From Catajapyx aquilonaris (Eukaryota): a stretch of 57,058 bases of DNA. The notes below the pieces were generated by a model. It was not told where the DNA came from. It worked only from the letters and a program-made list of their open reading frames with translations, and made no database searches. A program made the position numbers and the translations under genes. This document shows, piece by piece, positions 26,519 to 39,128 of the stretch (position 1 is the first letter of the stretch; the number at the start of each line of letters is the position of its first letter). Location: contig KZ538645.1 of NCBI GenBank assembly GCA_000934665.2, positions 1 to 57,058 of the forward strand, read 5' to 3'.

Positions 26519-28925
26519 TATACCGGTATTCGAAAAATTGAATTGCTAATGTTTAGAGGGTTTTTTTTGTCATTCCCCTTTTGGTGCCACAAAATTGTGA
26601 AAAATGACTTCCCTATGTCATTTCTTCAGACCCACAGAGGTCAGTCATGGTCGTGGTCCAATAATACACTGACTGCAAACAACCTATACAGCATAACTTC
26701 TCAAAAAGGGATTAGGCCTTAGGCGATCATTCCCCCTACACTGCACATCAGACACCCTAAGGACTATGCGATCTGATTGGTGGAGAGGGTGTGGTCTGCT
26801 CCACCAATCAGATCGGTGGGTACAGTTCGGTACAAAAGAAATGCTATTTTGAAACCCTACCGTGTATGGATTAACCACAGAAGTCGCAATATTTAGGACA
26901 TGCCTATTATTTTGAGAAGTCATGATGTGGGTACTGATTCATTCCCTCCCCCAGGTGCGCCATGCATCCCCCGTGTCCACGTCACCTCTAGGAAATACTG
27001 CCACCTCAGAAGTAACACCTAGATGCGGGAGATAACACAGAAACTGCGAATATGACCACCTGACAGTGTAGAATTTTCAAGATCAGGAAGACAAAGATGA
27101 CCATCTTGATAAAATGGCTGTGGTAAGATTACCCAAAGTTTTGACAAAGGCATGCCACCCTCCTTCCCCTTATTCCAGCCTCACTCCCGGGTCTCGAAGC
27201 AGTGACAGGAAGAAATGAAGACGAGGCAGCGTCCCTATAATACTCTTTTCCCGGGGCAAAAGAAATTCTCCTGTAATTGGATTTTGACTCCCTTTTGGCG
27301 ATGCTTGAAACAGCACGGAAAGATTAAATGGCTGACTCCGAGGCAGTTCCCAGTTACCTTGGATTTTAGCCCATCGGGAGACAATGAAATAAAAGTAACT
27401 CGATTTCACCTTTTCGAAGTGGGCGAAGTGGGCTCAAAGAAGGGACTCTTTCACGCTCAAGCACATTAGTTGGTTGGAATCGATGTCACAGGAATTGTCT
27501 CAAGGATCACGCACGTGGGCCTCAAGCTTCTCCAAGAGAGCATTTCTTGGAGACCATATCATCACTTCCCTGACTTATTGAGAGTTGTGAGGAAGGGGGA
27601 AAAAATGTGTACATTGTATCAGAAAACAAATTCTACGAGGTATATACTATTTTGTGAAGGAAAGGAAACTAAGCTCATTCTTTCACTCAGCTGCAAGCCT
27701 GCATATGACTTTGAATATCTGGCTCGGAAGCAAGATTTTGACAATTTTATTATTTCCCAGAGGCACGATGCACTCTCTTTTCGTACAATCACATTTCATA
27801 ATATCACCATATGCAGCAGAAGAATTTCATTAGTGTTTTGCTACTCGTAGCTGACTCTTTACAAGGTCAGTTTTATAAGTGCTAATAATTTCCTTTTTTG
27901 GAATAAAAATTTTCTAGGTATAAAAATCATTACAGGTCTACCATATTTTAAAAATATTACAATGGACAAAAATGACTGAATTTTTTGCCCACTTTATGGA
28001 TGACGTAGGTAGCTAATTTGGTACCAAGTATGGTACGGTACATAAAAATACTGTATCTTATAAATATCTTAAACGTTGTTCGGAAAATATTGTATCCTAT
28101 TTATTTATTTATTTATTTTATTTTTCTACCCCTTTCTCAATCCTTAGGCTTGCTTTGGGGAGCAAATACTGTAGGCTGAACAAGTGAAATTACAGGCAAG
28201 AGACACCCTTCTGAATCGAAAAGTCTGGCGGCGTAAAAATTATGCTTGAGGCGCTGTACCCATGCAAAGTTTGAGCAAAGAATTAATTGAAACAACGATA
28301 TGAGCAATTACTGAATAAGCAGTGATTTGTCCAAGCGCGATGCTGAGTAAGGTACCACACTGGCCCAGGTTGATGCACGGTTGTCGGTTACATATCACAA
28401 TATTCTTTATTAACATGTAAGTAGGAATATTGCAGATGAGAATGTTCAGTGCTGCTTCTTGAGTACTGTACGATAATAAAATAAGAAATCGCAATAAATA
28501 AAGGTAATCGCGTCACGGAAACGTTCAAAATCGCCGCTATTTATTGCATTATTCTTATTCTCTTTTCATTTGTATCAACCGAGTAACACTGAACATTCTG
28601 ATGTACAGTAACCATTTGTCAAACTGGACCTGTGAGGCATGTCTCACTCCTTAGTCGGAATCGCGTTTAAACCAATCACTGCTTACACAAATTACCTTGC
28701 AAATTACTCAACTATCACCCCTTGCAACTCCAAAGCTGACACATACCACATCAGTTAATTCTTCATGAAATGGTGATGTGTGATGATTGTAGTTGTATTG
28801 TAGTACAATAATTTGGCCATAATGTCGTAACTTCTTTCTCGACTGTAATGATCTTGCTGGCGTCAAAGACACTTTACCTGCAGATCTCTCTTTGTTCTAG
28901 TCAACATTCTGTAGACTTGAAAACA

Positions 28926-29256
28926 GAACACTTCTGCATTGAGTTCCTCGAAGTGATTGAGGTATAGAAGTCAATGTTTTCATAGAGGGAGTCTGCTTCA
29001 ATACTTGCTTGACTTGAAGATGAGACGGTGCTTTTGCTCGCTCACAGCAGTTAGCGGTCGACGTGCAAGCTTGTTACTGGTCAGGTCTTTCATATACATG
29101 CGCTTGAACTCCAGAACGAAGTGATTCAGCATTTGCTTATCAAAGTCTTCTCCACCCATATTAGTGCCTCCAGGCTCCAGCAGTACACTTCACTTCGAAA
29201 ATGGTATGTTCAATGGTGAGAATGGAAGCATTAAATGTCCCACCACCGAGACCATA
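28926..29256 (-). pseudogene. Hsp70: Hsp70 (cytosolic HSPA/Hsc70-type) pseudogene fragment, ATPase domain
   Basis: The reverse strand yields LGGGTFNASILTIEHTIFEVKCTAG / MGGEDFDKQMLNHFVLEFKRMYMKDLTSNKLARR / CERAK / [24 protein letters not shown] / FEELNAEVF, colinear with the Hsp70 segment DLGGGTFDVSIL...FEELNADLF. Several frameshifts; no intron in the fragment. Confidence 0.92.
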
Positions 29257-29288
29257 GGTGCGTGCATGGCCTTAGAATACTTATATGT

Positions 29289-29538
29289 CCGGTCACTCCC
29301 TCTTATCGCCTGACGGGGCGTTTTGCGGGAGGTGCTCACTTGAGAGCGCCTTTCTCATCTGTAAACACATGTGGCGACCCTACCGGACCGCGCTCTTCCC
29401 TTCTACCTAAGTTCAGCGCAGTCCGGTAGGGTCGCCACATGTATTTACAGATGATAAAGGAGCTCTCACCTCTCAAGTGAGCACCTCCCGCAAAACGCCC
29501 CATCAGGCGATAAGAACTTATTATTGGGGAGTGTCCGG
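29289..29538. mobile_element. Foldback element, copy 2
   Basis: Arms TCTTATCGCCTGACGGGGCGTTTTGC...GCAAAACGCCCCATCAGGCGATAAGA; homologous to 14004-14325. Confidence 0.8.
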
Positions 29539-30009
29539 GGGCTGGGTACGTGTATTACATTCCCCAGTGCCTTTTAGATTAAAATAGTATTACATTAGCC
29601 AGCACATCTCATTTCCGCAATCCTCAAGCTGCATGAACACTAGCTGTGCTGGGTCCTTGCGTTTCATTTCGCAAGTGCTGTTATCTTGTTACAATGTTCA
29701 GACTTGGATCGTGAGTATGCACGTCAGAAATGGCTCAGTGTGGGAAGCCCCCGCCAGAGGAGCAACAGCGGCCCAAAACCTTACCGATTTGCTCCGTATT
29801 GCTACTTTGACTACGAGTATGTTGCGTATCTTTGGGTTGTCTCAGTGTGATGTCAAGACAGTATGGTGCCTTTCACGTGGTTTTAATGTGTTCGGTCTGT
29901 TTTCGTTTGCTTGTACTTAGACCTGCAGTACCGGTACACGAAGATTTTCAATAACGACAGGGTGGAGTGATGCATTACTAAGGTAGACTTGTCATGCTAC
30001 TGTGTTCAG

Positions 30010-30240
30010 TGGGGCTTAACGTCGGCCTATTTCTGCCTCTAACGCTCAACACCGACGCCAGGGGGTGGTCCTCCTCCTGGAAATTTGGCCACTCTGGGGA
30101 TCTTTAACGTGCCCTCGCGCAATGTCACAAGTACACGGGACCGACGGCTTTACTTCCCCTCGGAAGGAAGGCGCACTCTCACTTTTATACCACCCGGAGA
30201 AAAGTCGCCGACCTTGACCGGGTTTGAACCCACAACCTCA
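30010..30240 (-). mobile_element. tRNA-derived SINE with Nin/Inv-type central domain, 5'-truncated
   Basis: B box on the reverse strand (GGTTCAAACCC). The blocks GGGATCTTTAACGTGC and CACGGGACCGACGGCTTTACTTCCCCT are typical of invertebrate Nin-domain SINEs. Confidence 0.7.
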
Positions 30241-30987
30241 TGCTACTGTTATCATCCCTATACAATCTCGTTGAATTTCCACTTATAGAAGTGGAAAAAA
30301 ATATCATTTTTTGCCATCTATTTCAAGTGGAAATGGCTTCCGCTTATTTAAGTGGAAAGAAGTGAATAATATTTTCCACTTACCTCAAGTGGAAAATGCT
30401 TCAACTATAATATTTCCACAAATTTAAGTGGAAAAATATTTTCCACATATCTAAAATTACTGTTATTAAGCAGAATGCATTTTCTATTCATTTATAATAC
30501 TCGTAATATCATATGGATCCTGGTTAAGACTTTAACAACAGTCATTCTGTTACACTCGAATTAGTCAGTACACATACAATATTATAATAAATGGATAGAA
30601 TTCATCCTACTTAACAGTAATTTTTTGATTTCACCGCCGCCTTAACACACTCCTGCCAACATGATAATAGGGAGTTAGTCTAACTATGAACGTAATCAAT
30701 CACCCCTGGTATAGGGGGTGCGACAAGGACCCACATATTGTCTACAAAGGGGTGCGGAGGCCCTAAAAGGTTAAGAACCTCTGCTTTAGGTGTATGTTCC
30801 TGGGCTTGGCTCAATTTTGACATTTTTGTGGGTTGACCCATTATTGCATAACACTGTCCAATTATCCCTCCGCTTTCAGTCACTTCTGTGTAGGTTGACT
30901 GCCACCAATTCAACATATGTACCAGACACTATACACACGGGTTTGCTGCCATAAATTAATTAATTAATTAATAACATATCTTGATAA

Positions 30988-31535
30988 TCTACGTATGTAA
31001 GGCAAAAAATAACATTTGTTTGCCTGTGGCAACAGGATTTTGTTGGTGATTACCATAGAAACAGGCCTATAAATGGTTTCAAATTTTGCACTTCCCCCAA
31101 TGTTTTTATCCAAATTTTTTTATGTCCCCTCCCCCCGATGTATCTCCACCTTGCCATGGTTGTGGGCTTTCGTTTTCCCATGATCCTGAAGAGCTATGCC
31201 GGCGGTAGTTTCGTCTACTGGTAGGGCCGCCGAAGTTGGACATGTCTTTGGGATAGGAGACAGACTTAGAGAGATACCAGTCTTTCCTCTCTTCTTTTTC
31301 CTCTTTGTTTCTCACTCCATCTGTCCCACCTTTTTGTATTCTGATAACCACATAGCCATAGTTGCGTGGCTCTTTCTTACGCAAACAAACCAGAATTTTT
31401 ACACCCTTCCGGTGCCTATACATAGGCAAGGGAATGAGCAGTTTTGGATTTAATATTGCTTGTGATCTAAGAAGATTTCGGTGTAATTATCCACGCTCTT
31501 TTTTCCCCCGTGCGAAGAACGGGTACGGCTGCTAG
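30988..31535 (+). mobile_element. Non-autonomous Helitron
   Basis: 3' hairpin CCCGTGCGAAGAACGGG, then 8 nt, then CTAG|T. Candidate 5' end A|TCTACGTATGTAAGG is less certain. Confidence 0.6.
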
Positions 31536-32683
31536 TCAATCATAAATTATTATTGACCAACAAGAAAGCGTAAAAGTTTCAATCAAAAGTTATCGAATTT
31601 TGAAGTACCGGTAATTAATTTCAAATGGCTATAAACCAAAAAACCAGCCTTCCCTTTTTGTTGTGAAACCTCCTCACCTCCAGGAGACGTTAGCAAAGCC
31701 ACAATAACGTACGTTGGCCTGCGGCACCACAAGACGAACAGTAATGTTTCCGAAACCCAGCCCACAAAAAGCGCCCACCTCGCTGAGGTAACTAAAATAA
31801 TCGGGCAATGCAACGTACAGTGCCTGGCAGTACCACAAGGCGGACAGGACTGGTGCTGTCATTCCAACGTCTCACAGATGACACAAACACAAACAGCAGG
31901 AAGGATGCACCTGCTAAGAACACACTTCCATTCTCTCCAACGAATCAAGAACCACGGATTTTTAAAACCATCATTCATCATCCCTCCCAACACCTTGCCG
32001 CGGTAAACCTCCCTTTACATAGAGAATATCTCGCGTAACAAAAGGAGTCAATAGCAAGGTCAATAGTGTCAACAAAGGAACACTTATTTAGTTTCATTTA
32101 TTGATTGTTTATTACTTTCAATTTCAAAATTCAATAAGCTTTGAACGAAATGTTTCCGGACCCTACGAAAAGTATCATTCGACTCAGTTCGTCAAGTATA
32201 AAGTAATGAAATAGGTAGAAACCTTAATTATTTTTAGAGAGGGGATGGGGTTAAAGTGCACCTAAGCCAACTCGTGTACAGTATTCTTGGAACACAATCA
32301 TGGCCACCTTGGGGGATTGTATATAGTGATTTAGGGAGGCGGATTAATTGCCCTGCATATAAGGTGCCCCCGTGCCCGCCCCTCCTCTATTCAAACAACA
32401 ATACTTTCGCCAGTCATTGTTGACCCGTTGCCTAGTGAAACGCCGATTTGTCTGTTGACTCGAGAGTCAGACGTCGCCGACGGACGAAAGGAGGTGTCAG
32501 TGATCCCAGGACTCATTCGACGTATAGGGATAGTACTGCCGTCGCTGTTCAATTATTATAACCTCGTCAGGTGAGGATAAGTAACATTTAGAAACACAAG
32601 GTCTGATTGAGTGACAAATTTTGGGTCTTGCATCAGTCGTAGGTTAGACGTATTTGAGGTGACCCGGCCACCGGACTTGCACC

Positions 32684-32837
32684 ATGGACATACCAGACAG
32701 TGAGCATTGTTCGCTGGGAAAGTTATTAACTACTACAACAGCTGATGAAAATAGCCGTTGGAACATAAATCATCCCACTCTAGAAGCAAGACAGGTCAAG
32801 ACCTCAGAGGAGCGCCTTTCCTGTGCAGCAGAACCAG
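32684..32837 (+). CDS. Uncharacterised about 903-aa protein, coding exon 1
   Basis: ACCATGG Kozak context; 51 codons + 1 nt; donor CAG|GTCAGG. Confidence 0.7.
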
Positions 32838-33026
32838 GTCAGGATTTCTTTTGTTGTCACAAATTTCTTTAATGCTGCAGGGTGTTTTGTAAAAATTCAG
32901 GTAAAGTTTCATGGTAGGTTCCTCTCTGTAACTCCTGGGTACCATAAGCGAGGGAGGATTATTTTTCTGGAAGGATAGATGTGCAGGTGAAAGTTAATAC
33001 CCACATTTTAAGTGAAAAAGGAAAGG

Positions 33027-33135
33027 TTGGAATTTTTGTCCCACTGCTAGTTACTGCTTACTTAGCAGTATCAGTGCCAACACTATAGTACTGGTAAGTT
33101 AGCAGTAACTATCAGTGGGACAGAAATTCAACCAA
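33027..33135. repeat. Short palindromic (MITE-like) element in an intron
   Basis: TTGGAATTTTTGTCCCACTGCTAGTTACTGCT...AGCAGTAACTATCAGTGGGACAGAAATTCAACCAA. Confidence 0.65.
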
Positions 33136-33500
33136 TAATACACTGTTTACGGAGAGATACACAAGCGCTAGGCTTTTTTCACATTTGTTATAAGCCAAGT
33201 TTCTCAGTAATGAGGTTACAGTGACCAGGTGATATCATAGGAGTTTATCAGAATTAATAATAATAATGATTTTGACAAGTTACATTACTTCTTTACATGC
33301 ATAGAGACGTCGCTAATTTTGTGATTTTCCAGAATAATCTTATTTTGATCTGCATTAGAAGACCCATAGTGCATGTACCATGTAGTACCATGACTTTTAT
33401 CACAATTGTTATAGTTGGTTGGCTTTGTATAGGCATATTTAATATATGGTCCTCTGATCGTAAGTCCTTAAATAGAGATTCCAAACTGTCGCATTTGCAG

Positions 33501-33683
33501 GTGTATCATCAATCGCTCACTCGGTTGGAAAAAGTTTTCCTCACCTGGAAATGGACGAAGCCAGAATCGGTTCACAAAAGCTGAGGGATCTTGCATCTTT
33601 CCCCTCCGAGGAGCTGTTTACCATATGCCAGTCATCAGCTCCCAAGATATCAAGCCGTACCATGTTAAAAGATCCTATGTCTG
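33501..33683 (+). CDS. Uncharacterised protein, coding exon 2
   Basis: TTTGCAG| acceptor, open in phase 1 (GVSSIAHSVGKSFPHLEM...), donor G|GTAAAT. Confidence 0.75.
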
Positions 33684-33749
33684 GTAAATGTATTTGACGA
33701 ATTAAGAAATCGACAGCTATAGAGCTAATGTCCTGGTTTTTCATTGCAG

Positions 33750-34556
33750 AACTAGAAGAAGAGGTGACACTGGCAGAGCAATACTGCGAAATGATCAAGG
33801 AGCAGCTGAGAGATTTCAGAGAGGCAGCCCAGCTGGTAATGGTCGATATGGCTGAAGAATTCCCAACAGAGATCTCGCGCAGTAAATCCGAGCAAGTGGC
33901 AGCACTCACACAGGCCCATAACGCTTCTCCTGAATCATGCATTGTACCAAAGAATAAGTCCAAGAAGGCAACAATGCCACCCGCTGGGATGGTTGATGGA
34001 GAACAAAAGTCCCGTTGCAGTGTGGGAGCGAGCCATGAGCAGTTTCCTTATTCGGAATCAGTCAGAACGAGTCGAGGTGACTGTTCAGTCAAAGAGTCCC
34101 GAAGCTGGTCTCAAATACTGCAGGATGCGGTTGTAGCTGCAGCCTCAATCACCAATCCAAGTGCTGCATCCGCACTGGAAGAGCAATATGCACTGCCAGA
34201 CACGACAATAGATTCGAGCTCTATTAAAAAATCTAAGGCAGACGTTGGGTCCACTTTTTGCCTGAAACACTCACGAAGCAGGTCAATAGGAGTCCATGGG
34301 CACTCCAGCGAAGGTCTGGGGTCCCAAAAGGCAGCACTGACAGCCTCATCCCCAACTGTGGATGTCCCCACCAAGAGCGCTTCCACATCTGTGCATGGAG
34401 CAAGGGATCGCCCTGGTAGAGAAGAATCGTATCGAGTGACTGAAGCAAAGGTCACCAAAGACACTAAGTCCCAAAGTAGTATCACAAAGTTTGAGAACCA
34501 TGAGGATAGTTTGGATTCAATATACGGGATTGATTCACCAGAAGGGTTTGGATCGA
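33750..34556 (+). CDS. Uncharacterised protein, coding exon 3
   Basis: CATTGCAG| acceptor joins the 285-aa ORF frame; donor A|GTGAGT; Ser-rich. Confidence 0.85.
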
Positions 34557-35370
34557 GTGAGTTACTTTCTACTAATATTGATTAAGGGCAGGAAGGACTA
34601 AACTCACAATGGAACACCTGCCTGAGTTTTGAATGAGACGTGATTGAAATGCTAGTGTCAGCCGATGTGCAAGTGAATGTACAGAATGATTGTGTGAATA
34701 ACGTGGGTGGAATTTGTCGTAGGGATACTATTCCGAGCTAATTGGTCGATCAGAGCCTAGACCGCCGCGCCGCGCCGTGTCTTGCCAGCTTGCTTTTCTG
34801 ACGTCAACAAAATTGTGGCAACCAGAATGGGCCAGCGGGTACACTTTTGGTGTCCGACAGTCCGAAATTCGAGTAGTCACCCAGGTTGAAGGGTTTTCAG
34901 ATCTGGATCCAACTTCTACCTTTCCCGTGTATTTTCAGGTTGGCAGTCGGATCGTATATAATAGTTTTCACCTGTAAGCTGTGTTTTGTTATACCGATGG
35001 ATGACCCATGGCAATCAGTGCAGGTCTCATATAGCCTAATGACACTTTGTAACCCTCTCTGAGCCAAATAATGAGACTCTACCAATAATATTACACTCAT
35101 ATGCACCTCGGTTATACAGTACTAACGTATACACTTGGAATACACCTTAATTATGTCACTCTAAACTCAGGCACATCCCTGGCGTTTCCTCATCAGAAAA
35201 ATTAAGGCTATCAACCATGCAGCTCAGCCTTAATCGGCTTGGATTGAATTAATTCGTTCATTGACTGTTAGTCAAGTGGAGAAATACCCAAATTATTAGG
35301 ATTCCTTTCTTTGCCTGTTTAACAGAGGAGAAAGAATAAGGGTGCCACTCAATCACAACTATTCTTTCAG

Positions 35371-36017
35371 TTTCACGGCAGACCCGCCACTCCAGAGTCC
35401 AGATAAGCAACTGCACTGTCCAGATCCGCAACTGCACTGTCGAGATCCACAACTCCAGTGTCCAGACCAGAAACTCTAGTATCCAGACACGAAATTCAAG
35501 TGCCCAGACCTGCAGCCCCAGTATCATGCACTGCCAGCAGTCTGCCCATGCAGCTGAAGGCAAAATGGCAGTGGTTGAGCCTTACAGCTTTGGAGATGAG
35601 TCGTTAGAGTCCAATATGTCCAGTGATCCTTTGGCTAGTCGTTACGAAGCCAACCCTCTTGACGGACCATACCGAGGCCATTACCAACCCTCTGCATCAG
35701 TCCTAGCCAGTGTCATAGAGTCAGGAGGGTTTCAGACGGTTGCTCAGCAGAAGCAAGCACCTGCCGGAAGTAACAGGGCCTGCAAGTCACCTGGACGTGA
35801 GTACAGCATTTCCCAGCGCCAGTCGGACCCAACTGACATCCGTGACTTTGCCTTACCAACGAAGGCCAGCCTCCTGAAGAGAAGTGCCAAGGGTGCGTCT
35901 GACGCGAAGCAAAGGAGGGCAGCTACTCGCCACTTCCACCTGAGGCTGAGGGACTTGCCCTTTGTGCTGGGAAGTGCTGTTGGTCCAAGCCATCACGTTG
36001 GGGTCAACGTGCAGCAG
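35371..36017 (+). CDS. Uncharacterised protein, coding exon 4
   Basis: TTCTTTCAG| acceptor in phase 1 runs into ORF 35526; 7-aa repeats; donor CAG|GTGAGA. Confidence 0.85.
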
Positions 36018-36074
36018 GTGAGATCAAGAGATTTGCGCTCTTGACTTGCATTCCTAACCCATTGATACTCGCAG

Positions 36075-36547
36075 GTATTAGCGATGATGAAGACCCACCA
36101 GCGTCTTCTCTGTCGAGCTGCTGGGACTGCTTGCTGCTACCCACCACAAGCCATGCCCGGGTACAGTGCGACAGCTCCTTTGCCACCACCCATTGTGCCT
36201 GCTGTCCCTGCCCTTCCAACCATCGACAGACACGGCAGCGGGGCCCGATTCAGAGAGCCAATTTCAATCCAAGTTTACCAACCCTCTGCTATTGCCCAGA
36301 ACGAAAATAAAGCAGAAAAGGTGATGGATAAATACGCACAGGATGAGGAGTTGGTCCTTAGGGAGGTGCTGTCGGAACTCAATGAGGCAGTAACAGGGGC
36401 TTCTTATGGAAGACAACCACACTGTGAGAACAAGGATAAACAGGATCGCATGAAGGAGATGATAACTTACCAATATGTACGAAAGACAAGAAGGGATCTC
36501 GGTACCCTGCTTCAGGGCCTCAAACAAGAATTACAGCTCCTCGACGG
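36075..36547 (+). CDS. Uncharacterised protein, coding exon 5
   Basis: CTCGCAG| acceptor in phase 0 into ORF 36084; donor GG|GTGAGT. Confidence 0.85.
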
Positions 36548-36637
36548 GTGAGTTTGAATGCTTGTTACAGACCCGTTGAGGAATTCCTATGCCACCATGA
36601 CAAAAAACGTGTGGAAATCTTTCCCTGTATTTTACAG

Positions 36638-36794
36638 AAACTATAGGGAGATGCAGAAGACAGTGGCAGAGGACCCAGGTCTGTTGATTGTGGATAACAA
36701 CGAACATGAGTATGGGAAGTTGATGGAGGACACCCGAGCCATGATGATTAAAAAATCAGAGCAGTTGGCCACCATAAACAAGCTATATAGAGAC
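36638..36794 (+). CDS. Uncharacterised protein, coding exon 6
   Basis: TTTTACAG| acceptor in phase 2 (GNYREMQK...); donor GAC|GTACGT; helical/coiled-coil-like. Confidence 0.85.
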
Positions 36795-36996
36795 GTACGT
36801 GTTACATTTCAGAAGTTCATAATTTCTGCATTGTTTTTGTAGGGGCCTGCTGCACCTGAATCGCTAACCTGAATCTTGTGCTGGTGCAGCAGGCCCGAAG
36901 GAAGGGATGGATAAGTCATGTCCAGGTCTGGGATTCAATACAATGCAATGGAGTGCGGCAGATATTTTATTACTTGTCGGAATTGGTTTTTTGTAG

Positions 36997-37287
36997 ATGA
37001 AACGCATGCACCGCCATCTGCGAGAGAGGTGCGGTAAACACCAGGATGAAGCCGACAGGGCTGCTCAGGCTCCGAATCAGCGCATTGTCCAAGCGAGTGC
37101 CCAAGCCATGGTCCAATCAAGAGTGGTGCTTCCTATGGACAATTTTGGCTATGAGGATGGAGAGGGTGCCGACCCCTCCCTCCAGGACCTTCTATTTTCC
37201 AACGAAGCTGCTCAGGACTATGGTCCCTTCAGCGTCCTGAGTGATATGAAGAACATACAGCAGGCTCTTTCAGGAAACCAGCAGTGA
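36997..37287 (+). CDS. Uncharacterised protein, terminal coding exon 7
   Basis: TTTTTTGTAG| acceptor in phase 0, TGA stop, AATAAA at 37291. Confidence 0.85.
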   Translation: MKRMHRHLRERCGKHQDEADRAAQAPNQRIVQASAQAMVQSRVVLPMDNFGYEDGEGADPSLQDLLFSNEAAQDYGPFSVLSDMKNIQQALSGNQQ

Positions 37288-37742
37288 ACTAATAAACGCA
37301 ACAACATTAGGAAGATATTACAAAAGACTGAAGTAAAGGCAAATTGTGTCAGTGATTTTACTCCCAAGTAAATGTCTTTTCGAAAAACATGGGTCGCTCT
37401 TCGAAAAATTGTCCAGGTGACTTTGGTGAATTCATTTTTGCACCGATGTCTTAGATTATGAGGAGTCTGGTGGAAGAAGGTGGTAACCCACATTTTTGTC
37501 ATTTTTTACCTAAACGCCTAGCACAAGACCTAGCAATTATGTAAAAGCCATTGCAAACGTTTTGGTATACTCAAAGTTCACATAATTATCATCCACGAGA
37601 CGGAAACACGGGCTAGATGACAACCCACTTGCCAAAAATGTTTGTGTATGACTTGAACAGAAATTGTTTCTTGGAGTACATCATGTAATAGAATAATAGG
37701 TAATAGTGTGAGGCAATTGCACAGAGGTAGTAAAAGTACTGT

Positions 37743-38686
37743 ACTTGCCCAACCTCAGTGTAGTTCGCCCACCCCCAAAAAGTGGAGTGGTGGGGGGTAA
37801 TGAACAAAATGTGATACAAAATCTCCATTAAGATAATCTGGACATTAGAATGGATAATTATGAATTGTAACATTGGCGTTAGGGGGACACGAAAGATTAA
37901 GTTGATTTGACCAAAGATTTGACAGTTAACAACTGAAATAAATATGATTACACCTTGGACAGTGAATTTCCGTGGGATCTGGTAAATATTGATGTCACTA
38001 CGTTTGTATGTACTTAGCAGGATATTAATTTCAAAAATGAACCTGAGGGGCCACACAAATCCTAAGACACCATTAAAATTAATTACAAAAAATCTACCAC
38101 GGAATTTAAAAATGTTTATCACGGCTTGCAGATATCGAATTTTCTGTGCATTTTTAATGCGGGGATTTAAAAAACCATTTCACGTTAATTGAATTGAAAT
38201 TTTTTTTGTAGCACATTGGACTGAGGTCTAAATAGACAATGTTGTGACATTTTTATTTATTTATAAATAACACCGTTAAATGTTGTACACCAACGTGTAG
38301 CAAATTCAGAAAAAGTCCGCGAGCCATAATATTTTTAAAATTCTGTGTTAGATTTTTTGTAATTAATTTTAATACTGTTTTCGGATTTGTGTGGCCCTTT
38401 AGGTTCATTATTAAAATTAACGTCCTGATAAGTAACATATAAACGCAGTGGCAGCAATTTTTACCATACCCCACAGAAATTACAGTTCAAGACGTAATCA
38501 TATTTATTTCAGTTGTTAACTGTCAAAAAAACTTAAACTTTGGTATCCGCCTAACTACTAACTAATTATTATCTATTCTAAAGTCCAGATAGTCTTAACG
38601 GTGATTTTTTATCACATTTTGCTTATTACCCAACCACTCAATTTTTTGGGGAGGGGGGCGAACTATACACTGGGGATGGGAAAGTA
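37743..38686. mobile_element. Old foldback DNA element with diverged TIRs of about 360 bp
   Basis: 37743-38113 is an imperfect reverse complement of 38331-38686, e.g. GACAGTTAACAACTGAAATAAATATGATTAC versus GTAATCATATTTATTTCAGTTGTTAACTGTC. Confidence 0.8.
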
Positions 38687-39128
38687 TCTTCGGTAAAATA
38701 ATAATGAGCAGGCTTGTCATCCTGTTAGAAAATAGCACAAACCGCCAAGCTACGTGATGCAGAAAGTTGGCAGCAGTACTAATAGTGACAATAATTATGT
38801 AAATATAAGCAAGTACACTAGAATGCCTCTATGGCTGTTTTGAAATCATACATCTTTTGTGACATCCAGTACATGTAGTTGGTTGTGTGAGTTGGTGGTT
38901 TTTACAAGAGAGGACGGGATGCAGGGGATGTCGGTGATGGACCTGTATTCCGAAATGTTTATTCAAAAAGTTGAAAACTGCAAGAATCATGACACAAACA
39001 ATACGCGTATTGCATTTTTCGTCAGTGACACCTGAAATGAGTATTTCACACTATTGCCGCATGAATGCCGCAGACTAGTAGTTCTCGAATCGGCAAGGAG
39101 TATAGCCTCTCTCCACCTAGTCAAGTTA

